IMG/VR virus record: IMGVR_UViG_3300027782_000098
Location: 1 to 58,269 of that record
DNA from: a virus
Lineage: Duplodnaviria > Caudoviricetes
DNA: 58,269 bases
Strand: one strand, 5' to 3'
Every line of letters starts with the position of its first letter. The first letter of the stretch is position 1. Below, one piece after another: positions 29,979 through 36,896 of this stretch. The notes under the pieces are model-generated. The model saw nothing but the letters and a program-made list of their open reading frames with translations, was not told where the DNA came from and searched no databases. The position numbers and the translations under genes are program-made.

Positions 29979-30109
29979 AAATAAGGAAAAGAGAAGATGG
30001 TTCAGTGGACATCTCTTTTTACAATTAGCGTTACTCTGACAGTTAAAACTCCCCCATAACTACGAACTACTGACACGTTAACGTTACGGACTTCCCTAAT
30101 CAACCTTAG

Positions 30110-30182
30110 CACGCCTGAGAGGACTCGAACCTCTGACTCCTAGTTTTGGAGACTAGAGCTCTACCAACTGAGCTACAGACGT
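30110..30182 (-). tRNA. tRNA-Trp(CCA)
   Basis: Anticodon arm CTAGT-CTCCAAA-ACTAG. Confidence 0.9.
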
Positions 30183-30191
30183 GTATTATTG

Positions 30192-30263
30192 AGGTCGGTA
30201 TAGGAATTGAACCTATGTTGATAGTTTTGCAGACTATCGCCTAAACCACTCGGCCAACCGACC
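30192..30263 (-). tRNA. tRNA-Cys(GCA)
   Basis: Anticodon arm ATAGT-CTGCAAA-ACTAT; U73. Confidence 0.9.
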
Positions 30264-30269
30264 TTTTAG

Positions 30270-30344
30270 TGTCCCCGATGGGTCTCGAACCCATGACCCC
30301 TAAATTAAAAGTTTAGTGCTCTAAACCAACTGAGCTACGAAGAC
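30270..30344 (-). tRNA. tRNA-Lys(UUU)
   Basis: Anticodon arm CTAAA-CTTTTAA-TTTAG. Confidence 0.9.
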
Positions 30345-30350
30345 ATTAAG

Positions 30351-30424
30351 TTGTCACAGATGGACTCGAACCATCGACCTTCTCGGTATCAGCGAGATGC
30401 TCTAACCAACTGAGCTATGAGACA
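30351..30424 (-). tRNA. tRNA-Ile(GAU)
   Basis: Anticodon arm TCTCG-CTGATAC-CGAGA. Confidence 0.9.
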
Positions 30425-30495
30425 ATAAAAAGTAAAGTATGACGTATGCTCGTCCTGTAGTTGTTTCCATCCGCGGACTCACGGTTCTCTTTACT

Positions 30496-30586
30496 TGGCG
30501 GTGAGAGTAGGATTCGAACCCACGGTACCCTTTCAGGTACTTCGGTTTTCAAGACCGACGCAATCGACCAACTCTGCCATCTCACC
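30496..30586 (-). tRNA. tRNA-Ser(UGA)
   Basis: Anticodon arm TCGGT-CTTGAAA-ACCGA; long variable arm; encoded CCA. Confidence 0.92.
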
Positions 30587-30720
30587 ATAATATAGTGTTT
30601 TGGTCAACCACTCGCATCCCACCAATTTATTGTATCAAACTTTCTGTAGTGCAAACGATTAACTCTCCTACTACTCATTTTCAACTCACTTGCCTAAGCC
30701 TTGTCCGTTGTAAACACTTT

Positions 30721-30796
30721 TGGGTAACTAACGGGAATCGAACCCGTGACACCTTGAACCACAATCAAGTGCTCTGCCAACTGAGCTATAGCTACC
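30721..30796 (-). tRNA. tRNA-His(GUG)
   Basis: Anticodon arm CTTGA-TTGTGGT-TCAAG; G-1:C73; encoded CCA. Confidence 0.92.
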
Positions 30797-31012
30797 ATGT
30801 TGTCGTCCAATCATTTCTGACTGTCCCCAATACCGAATTTCAGCGGCAACTCACCAATTTCGTGAGGGGTTAGAACTCGTGTGTTAACTTGCTCCTGTTA
30901 CTGGTACACTAACCAACCGACTTAGACTCAAGTAATCGGCTCAGGTCCCCATGGTTGTAAAACCACTTCTCATCGTTCGGGAGCAAACTAGTCGTATACT
31001 ACTCGACTCGTG

Positions 31013-31145
31013 TAGTCAAGGTCGGACTCGAACCGAATACCGTTCAAGACGGATTAGACAACCTTACAACTTCTCGCGTCCAAATGATTATGGACCGTGG
31101 CGTCTTGGGGACTTGGGTACCATCCCGCATTACGTCCACTTGACT
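31013..31145 (-). ncRNA. tRNA-like RNA with acceptor and T arms but an expanded central region
   Basis: AGTCAAG/CTTGACT-A acceptor stem and TCGG-TTCGAGT-CCGA T arm around about 100 nt with no canonical anticodon arm. Confidence 0.6.
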
Positions 31146-31220
31146 ATTTACCCCACTTCACCAGCTTAATGGACTGGCTGCCATATGGGAGTGGGGGTTT
31201 CCTGTTATTTCAGGACTCCG

Positions 31221-31293
31221 TGGAACGGGGCGGAATTGAACCGCCGACACCTTGAGCTTCAATCAAGTGCTCTACCTACTGAGCTACCGTTCC
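31221..31293 (-). tRNA. tRNA-Phe(GAA), copy 2
   Basis: Anticodon arm CTTGA-TTGAAGC-TCAAG. Confidence 0.9.
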
Positions 31294-31713
31294 TTATTCT
31301 TTCCAGTTTCCCTCCTTGTAATGGATTTCTCTATGACAATTCGCACAAACTGGTATACATTTTTCCAATTCTTCTTTTAATAACCTCAAAGAACCTCTTT
31401 TTACTAAAGTTGAAATACGCTCTCTTTTATCTCTAATATGGTGAAAATCTAACACATACCAACGTTCATCACCACAAATAGAACATTTACACTTTTTTTT
31501 ATAATCAAATAAGAACTCTTTAACTTCTTTATTTGTTTTTAGTGCGGTTTTTCTAATCTTTGTTTTTCTGTCGTTTTTATTTTGAGAGTAACTATCTCTA
31601 TCTAACTGTCTTTTACATTCTTTACACATACTGTGTAAAATATTTTTTTCTTTATTCTTAAAGAAAAACTCACTTTCATCTTTTTCAATTAAACATCTTC
31701 CACATTTTTTCAT
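31294..31713 (-). CDS. HNH-like endonuclease
   Basis: CxxC...CxxC N-terminus; CSICG...LDFHH...KC.PVCANCHREIH. Confidence 0.85.
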   Translation of the reverse strand: MKKCGRCLIEKDESEFFFKNKEKNILHSMCKECKRQLDRDSYSQNKNDRKTKIRKTALKTNKEVKEFLFDYKKKCKCSICGDERWYVLDFHHIRDKRERISTLVKRGSLRLLKEELEKCIPVCANCHREIHYKEGNWKE

Positions 31714-31776
31714 AATAATCTTTTATTATAAATATCTCAAAAGGACTGAAAAGTTAAAAAAGTTTTCAGTTTTTTG

Positions 31777-31849
31777 TGGTGAGAGCAAGAATCGAACTTG
31801 CGGCACGTAGGGCTTCAACCTACTGCTCTACCTACTGAGCTATCACACC
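31777..31849 (-). tRNA. tRNA-Phe(GAA), copy 1
   Basis: Anticodon arm GTAGG-TTGAAGC-CCTAC. Confidence 0.9.
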
Positions 31850-31852
31850 AAA

Positions 31853-31962
31853 TTTGAGATTGAGAACCTCTGTGTTGTTAGGTAAGACCCAATTAGTCAT
31901 CATTTCTGATGGGTTATCAATTATCCTACTTATGGTTAATTCCTTTCTCACAGGAACAACAC
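31853..31962 (-). ncRNA. Structured RNA, tandem copy B (conserved scaffold, variable insert)
   Basis: GTGTTGTTCCTGTGAGAAAGGAAT-[60 nt]-ACAACACAGAGGTTCTCAATCTCAAA. Confidence 0.65.
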
Positions 31963-31965
31963 GGC

Positions 31966-32067
31966 TTTGAGGTTGAGAACCTCTGTGTTGTGCAAATGTG
32001 AATATACCCCATTATAAAGTTTATATTCACATCTGACTATTTCATTCCTTTCTCACGGGAACAACAC
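31966..32067 (-). ncRNA. Structured RNA, tandem copy A (conserved scaffold, variable insert)
   Basis: GTGTTGTTCCCGTGAGAAAGGAAT-[52 nt]-ACAACACAGAGGTTCTCAACCTCAAA. Confidence 0.65.
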
Positions 32068-32074
32068 AATATTG

Positions 32075-32212
32075 TTGATAATGATGGAGTACCCGTCTCG
32101 CTCCAATCTTAACAGCTTTCCTGAGTTTTATGAGGCCTCGGCTGAAAGGGTGATGAATTCCGATTCCATTCTGGATTGTCGACATCCGTTGAGTGGGGAA
32201 AACCATTATCAA
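32075..32212 (-). ncRNA. Candidate structured RNA
   Basis: GC-rich spacer closed by a 9-bp stem ttgataatg/cattatcaa. Confidence 0.5.
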
Positions 32213-32269
32213 TTTCTTTATTGACGGGGAGTAAGTCACCAACCACTAATACTTACTCCCCACCTTCTG

Positions 32270-32341
32270 TAGTCCGTACGGGAATCGAACCCGTCTTTTA
32301 TCCGTGAAAGGGATATGTCCTAACCGATAGACGAACGGACC
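32270..32341 (-). tRNA. tRNA-Glu(UUC)
   Basis: Anticodon arm TATCC-CTTTCAC-GGATA. Confidence 0.9.
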
Positions 32342-32346
32342 AAATT

Positions 32347-32403
32347 GGTAGTTTTACTCGGACTATTACACCATCGCGGTCTTTACTCCGACTATTATCT
32401 ACC
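32347..32403 (-). ncRNA. Candidate two-fold symmetric hairpin RNA
   Basis: GGTAG-ATAATAG-TCGGA-GTAAAG-ACC-GCGAT-GGT-GTAATAG-TCCGA-GTAAAA-CTACC. Confidence 0.5.
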
Positions 32404-32406
32404 TTG

Positions 32407-32478
32407 TAGTCCCTGTAGGATTCGAACCTACGACTTCTTGCATGTAAGGCAAGAGCTCTACCACTGAGCTAAAGGACT
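32407..32478 (-). tRNA. tRNA-Val(UAC)
   Basis: Anticodon arm CTTGC-CTTACAT-GCAAG. Confidence 0.9.
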
Positions 32479-32529
32479 GTATTTTTTTACCAACATGTCA
32501 AAGACCTCTTTTTGTTTCTTTCAACAGTA

Positions 32530-32560
32530 CAAAGATACTACTTTTTTTTGAACCGCCAAA
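32530..32560 (-). promoter_or_regulatory. Bacteroidota sigma-A type promoter for tRNA array 1
   Basis: TTTG-N19-TATCTTTG; boxA-like GGTCTTTGACA at about 32496-32506. Confidence 0.8.
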
Positions 32561-32563
32561 CCT

Positions 32564-32605
32564 AAAAACAAAAAACCCCAAACTTTTCTACAAAGTTCGG
32601 GGTTT
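32564..32605 (-). terminator. Attenuator terminator of leader 1
   Basis: AAACCCCGAACTTT-GTAGA-AAAGTTTGGGGTTT followed by TTTGTTTTT. Confidence 0.85.
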
Positions 32606-32632
32606 AAATATTCTGTTACTACTAACTTACTA

Positions 32633-32734
32633 TTAACCTAAATCTAATTCCGAACCACAATTTTGCCCATGACGATACCAGCTACAAATCTCTTGTTGCT
32701 TAAACGACGATATATGGACCATTGTTGTTCTCAT
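32633..32734 (-). CDS. Leader peptide 1 (33 aa), putative attenuator of tRNA array 1
   Basis: MRTTMVHISSFKQQEICSWYRHGQNCGSELDLG*. Codons 5-22 correspond to the tRNAs at 28046-32478. Confidence 0.85.
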   Translation of the reverse strand: MRTTMVHISSFKQQEICSWYRHGQNCGSELDLG

Positions 32735-32807
32735 TGTTTATAATTATACACAATATACTAAAAGTTTTAGTTTTGTCAAATAAATTTTTTAAAGTATTTA
32801 TAAAAAG

Positions 32808-33230
32808 ATGAAAACATTAAGACAAATTATTAAAGAAGAGTTATTAGTTGAGAAAAGAATTGCCCAAATAGGAGCTTCTTTAGAAGTTTTATTTTCATTT
32901 GATGTTAATAGAACATCTCACGCATTTGATAGAGCGGTTAGAGATGATATTATAGGTTATAATACAAGACCAATTGTAAATGCTGAAATCAAAGAGATTA
33001 TTAGTATGGCAAAAAATGAAATCGCACAAAAAATAGTTAGCCAAGAAATTAAAACAGAAGAACCATTTGTAGTTAAATCTTTAAAATGGGAATTGGCAAT
33101 GGCAATTACTCCTGTTCATATATCAGGGACTTATTGGGAATTAATTATTAAAACTGTGTTTAGAGAATCTAAATATGACCCGTTTAGAGTTGGTAAAGAC
33201 CAATTAGTTATTACTTTACAAGACGTATAA
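32808..33230 (+). CDS. Hypothetical protein
   Basis: 140 aa; TATTTATA upstream; leader MKTLRQIIKEELLVE. Confidence 0.7.
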   Translation: MKTLRQIIKEELLVEKRIAQIGASLEVLFSFDVNRTSHAFDRAVRDDIIGYNTRPIVNAEIKEIISMAKNEIAQKIVSQEIKTEEPFVVKSLKWELAMAITPVHISGTYWELIIKTVFRESKYDPFRVGKDQLVITLQDV

Positions 33231-33318
33231 AAAAAAGGGTAACACTAGTATCTGAATCGTTCCCGTGTCACCCATTTTGTAATTGAGCTTGTGTATCTAA
33301 ATCGTGCTCCTCAATCAC
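33229..33318 (-). ncRNA. Small RNA with two hairpins carrying the same loop ACGATTYAGATAC
   Basis: Own promoter TATCTTTG (33330-33323); hairpins GTGATTGAG/CTCAATTAC and GGGTGACAC/GTGTTACCC; ends in a U tract. Confidence 0.7.
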
Positions 33319-33359
33319 AGTACAAAGATAAGCAAAAATTTTAATTCACAAAATTATTT

Positions 33360-33935
33360 TTAATAATTTATTTGATGGTCCTGTTTAATAGTCATACTCT
33401 GGCCAACAATAACATTTCTTTTACCTTTTGTCACTGAGTTAACATAATGAGGATGGGTTAACCCACCTGGAAATATAACAATATCTCCTTCGTTTAGACG
33501 ATATTGTACATTTTGTCTTGGGAATACCAACTCACCACCTTCATAATCATTATCCAATCCTCCAACCATTGTTATATTACTAAAATCCCAATGAACTGAT
33601 TGTGAACCTCCCGCATATGTTTCAGGAGAATAGTATAACATATATAAATCTCTCCATATTGTTTTAACATATTCTTTTAAAGATTTGATGGTTTCATAAT
33701 TAACATTAAACCCAACATTATTTTCAACATCATAGATTTTAAAGTATTCTTCAAGATAATTGTTTTCAATTTTTAAAAACCAAAAATCATTTATTTTGTG
33801 AAATAAACTCATATCTAACTTATCAATATCAATCCTTATTTGAGTGTCATTACCTCTAAGTTTTAATAATTCAGAAATAATGTCTTTAGGTATGATTCTT
33901 TCAAAAACAAAAATATCAGTATCTATTTTAATCAT
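33360..33935 (-). CDS. 2OG-Fe(II) oxygenase
   Basis: HWD, YEGGEL.F, G..VIFP, H.V..VT.G.R. Confidence 0.85.
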   Translation of the reverse strand: MIKIDTDIFVFERIIPKDIISELLKLRGNDTQIRIDIDKLDMSLFHKINDFWFLKIENNYLEEYFKIYDVENNVGFNVNYETIKSLKEYVKTIWRDLYMLYYSPETYAGGSQSVHWDFSNITMVGGLDNDYEGGELVFPRQNVQYRLNEGDIVIFPGGLTHPHYVNSVTKGKRNVIVGQSMTIKQDHQINY

Positions 33936-34648
33936 ATACTGTCTTGAATATTAAAATTAATTACACATCTATGACTTTTACCATAAAATGGTTTAACTGA
34001 ATGTACAATATCGTATGGCCAAATAATCAACATACCTTTTTTTGGTCTAAGAAAATGTGACATACCTCTAACATGGAATGTAAATACACCACTATATGGA
34101 TGGTCAGCAATTGGTTCACCGTCAGACAAATAATATCCTCCAACAAAATTTAAAGGAGTTTCTTCGTCAGGAGACCAACGACAATGATTATGTTGATTAT
34201 GACCTCGACCTTCAGTTGGGTTATAATATTGAATCCAACTTTCTGTTATATTTGGATTATTGTTGTTTTTTAGTCCTAATGAATTAATTAACTCCAAATA
34301 ACCGTCCTCACACCTTTTCTTAATTGTTTTAACACATTGTTCATCTCTATTAAGAAAGTCGTTTGGCGGTGTCCAAAAACGACTACCAATTGGGTTATAC
34401 TCTGTAGGCTCAACCCACATGTCCCTTCTGTCGTAGTTTACAAAATAATTTGATTGTCTTTCCAAATCGTATTGCTCAGGTAATTCCTGACCCATTAATT
34501 TTTGTTGAGTACTTAAAGTATTGAATCCCAAATTAAAAACCTCATCATGTAATTCATGGTCATCAAAAATCTTCATGTATACAGGAATTGGAGCAAGGTG
34601 AAATATATTGCTCTGATTTGTTGAAACTAAAGGTGACTGTACATACAT
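33932..34648 (-). CDS. 2OG-Fe(II) oxygenase-like protein
   Basis: SW..Y, HNH, GYY, P..G.LIIWP....HSV.P......R..I.FN; start corrected to ATG 34648. Confidence 0.75.
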   Translation of the reverse strand: MYVQSPLVSTNQSNIFHLAPIPVYMKIFDDHELHDEVFNLGFNTLSTQQKLMGQELPEQYDLERQSNYFVNYDRRDMWVEPTEYNPIGSRFWTPPNDFLNRDEQCVKTIKKRCEDGYLELINSLGLKNNNNPNITESWIQYYNPTEGRGHNQHNHCRWSPDEETPLNFVGGYYLSDGEPIADHPYSGVFTFHVRGMSHFLRPKKGMLIIWPYDIVHSVKPFYGKSHRCVINFNIQDSI

Positions 34649-34663
34649 ATTTACATTTTTTTG

Positions 34664-34744
34664 TACCCCAAGTCGGACTCGAACCGACACGTCATAAGAC
34701 AAATGCTCCTAAGGCATTCGCGGCTACCATTACGCCATCGGGGT
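34664..34744 (-). tRNA. tRNA-Leu(UAG)
   Basis: Anticodon arm AATGC-CTTAGGA-GCATT; variable arm. Confidence 0.9.
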
Positions 34745-34746
34745 AT

Positions 34747-34844
34747 ATATCATTATCGCTTCAGCCACATCGAGGAACACGCCTCCCCCGCGTTGTTTAA
34801 GTGTATAACTTGCGCCGTATCTCACTGAGGTACGATAATGATAT
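34747..34844 (-). ncRNA. Candidate structured RNA between tRNA-Arg and tRNA-Leu
   Basis: Perfect 12-bp closing stem atatcattatcg/cgataatgatat around a GC-rich core. Confidence 0.55.
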
Positions 34845-34846
34845 TG

Positions 34847-34920
34847 TATCCCCGACAGGATTCGAACCTGTGACCTACTGCTTAGAAGGCAGTTGCTCTA
34901 TCCAGCTGAGCTACGGAGAC
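34847..34920 (-). tRNA. tRNA-Arg(UCU)
   Basis: Anticodon arm ACTGC-CTTCTAA-GCAGT. Confidence 0.92.
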
Positions 34921-34931
34921 ATTTTATTTTG

Positions 34932-35017
34932 TACCTGGGGCGGGAATCGAACCCGCACGGACATTACTGTCCACAAGATTTTAAGTCTTGCGTGGCTACC
35001 GATTACACCACCCAGGC
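34932..35017 (-). tRNA. tRNA-Leu(UAA)
   Basis: Anticodon arm CAAGA-CTTAAAA-TCTTG; variable arm. Confidence 0.92.
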
Positions 35018-35072
35018 GAATACATTTAAGAACTATGGTACAAATATAATAGATAAAATTGATTGCTACAAG

Positions 35073-35795
35073 CTATAGTGCAAAACTTTCTTCATATAAT
35101 GTATCCATCGCATCTTCTTCAACATTTATTGTGTGGTATAATGTGACAGTTCCATCATTGAAATTAAAAATGAATTTACCGTCAGAGCCCTCATTGATTT
35201 CCCATCCGCCAAAATTACTTTCAAGTACTCTATAACACCAATCCTCAATATGAGCAGGTACTGCGTCTCCTGTTGGTTCAAAAGAACTTTCAATATAACC
35301 TGAGTCACCACCACCATTATATGGTAATTCTAAAATACCGTCGTTTGGTACCTCAACATCAGAAAATAACCCCTCATCATCCCATTCTTTAAATCTTTCT
35401 TTATCATCTGTAGAGTCAAATTCAATTACGTTTTCACCTCCTCTATCATAATAACCCCAATAATGTGAAATTGAAATTTCTTTATCGTCAACATCAATAT
35501 TGATTTCAAGTTTTTGATAATTCATCATATCAATATCAGGGACAGTAAAAAGATTATCCTCATCAACGTGATTGATTAATTTTTTCAAAATAGGTATTAA
35601 TCCGTCAGGGATGTCTGCAGAATAATTGTTCGCAAAATGTGTGATGTATTTCCATTGAACCTCCTGAGCACTAAAATCATATGCTTCACTCTCAAGTTCA
35701 AATTCAATTAAACCATCTTTCATACCCAAAGAACCCAAGTAATTACAAACTCGGTTTAAGTATTTTTTTTCGTCTGTTGTTAAAATATTTTTCAT
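35073..35795 (-). CDS. DUF6878-like acidic protein
   Basis: YNGGGDSGYIE and GGWEINEGSDG motifs (family recalled from memory). Confidence 0.6.
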   Translation of the reverse strand: MKNILTTDEKKYLNRVCNYLGSLGMKDGLIEFELESEAYDFSAQEVQWKYITHFANNYSADIPDGLIPILKKLINHVDEDNLFTVPDIDMMNYQKLEINIDVDDKEISISHYWGYYDRGGENVIEFDSTDDKERFKEWDDEGLFSDVEVPNDGILELPYNGGGDSGYIESSFEPTGDAVPAHIEDWCYRVLESNFGGWEINEGSDGKFIFNFNDGTVTLYHTINVEEDAMDTLYEESFAL

Positions 35796-35806
35796 ATCAA
35801 TAAATA

Positions 35807-36154
35807 TCAATCTTCAATTTTAAGGGTCCTCAACATCCATTGAGGTCGTTTATTTTCTGAAATATTAGTCACCCATTCTTTTGCAGATGGGATATAATTA
35901 TTACAATCTTCTTTAACATGTTGTTCTCCAACATATCTTGTGTATACTATCTTACCATCACTATTTAAAAATTCAGGACCAAACCTTTTTTCCATTTCAA
36001 AAATACCTTCACTATGATGTCTAAACATTCTATGTAAAGAATCTCCAAACCATCCTTTAGTTTCATCCATCCATTCGTGTAAATGAATATAATCTTCTGG
36101 TTTTCCACCAAACTTTTTGGCGGATGATTTTGCGTGTAAATTAGGGTGTGCCAT
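35807..36154 (-). CDS. DUF6915-like His-rich protein
   Basis: MAHP..HA.SSAKKFGGKPEDY..LH.W.D, HR..RHHSEGIF, GEQHV.ED. Confidence 0.7.
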   Translation of the reverse strand: MAHPNLHAKSSAKKFGGKPEDYIHLHEWMDETKGWFGDSLHRMFRHHSEGIFEMEKRFGPEFLNSDGKIVYTRYVGEQHVKEDCNNYIPSAKEWVTNISENKRPQWMLRTLKIED

Positions 36155-36740
36155 CTTTCCAATAATCTTTATTATAATTATATTTTTTAAATTGACTTTC
36201 AGTCCTTGAATAAACAAAATCAGCTAACTCTTGACTGTAAAATGATTGCCAAGGAATTTCAATACCATGTTCAAATTTAAATGAATTTTTTCTTATTTTG
36301 TTTTCAAAACAATCTTCAAGTAATTCCATATTATTTTTAATGAACCACATATTTTTTAAATCTGATTCTAAAAATTCTGTCCTAAGATAAGCGTCAGGTT
36401 CTTTTGGTATTTCACTTAACGAATGGTCTAAATAAACTGTATAGTAATTTAAATGTTCATTTTGTTTATCTAACGCGCTTTTAATCCATGATGGAAAAAC
36501 TTCAATATCAAAACTGATTTGTTTATGAATACAAAATAATTTAAATAAAGAAACTAATCTAGGATATGGGTGTCTAATATTTACCACTAAAAAGTAATTC
36601 TCTTTATCCTTTCTAACAATTAACCCATGGTTATCATTTAAATTTGAAAATTTTAATAATTTTTGGATTTCACCACATGACCTAGATGCAGTTCTCATTG
36701 GATTTAACCAAACAACTTTTAATTCGTCATTATATCTCAT
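36141..36740 (-). CDS. Sulfotransferase-family protein
   Basis: 5'-PSB-like PMRTASRS and 3'-PB-like IRHPYPRLVS; start corrected to ATG 36740. Confidence 0.65.
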   Translation of the reverse strand: MRYNDELKVVWLNPMRTASRSCGEIQKLLKFSNLNDNHGLIVRKDKENYFLVVNIRHPYPRLVSLFKLFCIHKQISFDIEVFPSWIKSALDKQNEHLNYYTVYLDHSLSEIPKEPDAYLRTEFLESDLKNMWFIKNNMELLEDCFENKIRKNSFKFEHGIEIPWQSFYSQELADFVYSRTESQFKKYNYNKDYWKDGTP

Positions 36741-36742
36741 AG

Positions 36743-36817
36743 TGGAGCTAGTGAGAATCGAACTCACCTCAGAAACATTGCAAGTGTTTCTCGCCAAGCC
36801 TTGGTACATGTAACCCC
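36743..36817 (-). tRNA. tRNA-Ala(UGC), atypical D arm
   Basis: G3-U70 acceptor; anticodon arm AAACA-CTTGCAA-TGTTT. Confidence 0.8.
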
Positions 36818-36823
36818 TTGTTG

Positions 36824-36896
36824 AGCCTCCTGTCGGAATCGAACCAACGACCTACTGATTACAAATCAGTTGCTCTACCAGCTGAGCTAAGGAGGC
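36824..36896 (-). tRNA. tRNA-Thr(UGU)
   Basis: Anticodon arm ACTGA-TTTGTAA-TCAGT. Confidence 0.92.

Noticed and set aside
29683-31436. Plus-strand ORFs 29683-29880, 30595-30873, 30951-31169, 31185-31436
   Set aside because: Antisense shadows of tRNA genes and structured spacers.
31221-31849. Group I intron splitting a tRNA-Phe
   Set aside because: Both tRNA-Phe genes are complete cloverleaves and there is no room for intron core elements around the HNH ORF.
31853-32067. Mini CRISPR array
   Set aside because: Only two units; the conserved parts enclose the variable part by base pairing, inserts are self-structured, and no cas genes are in the window.
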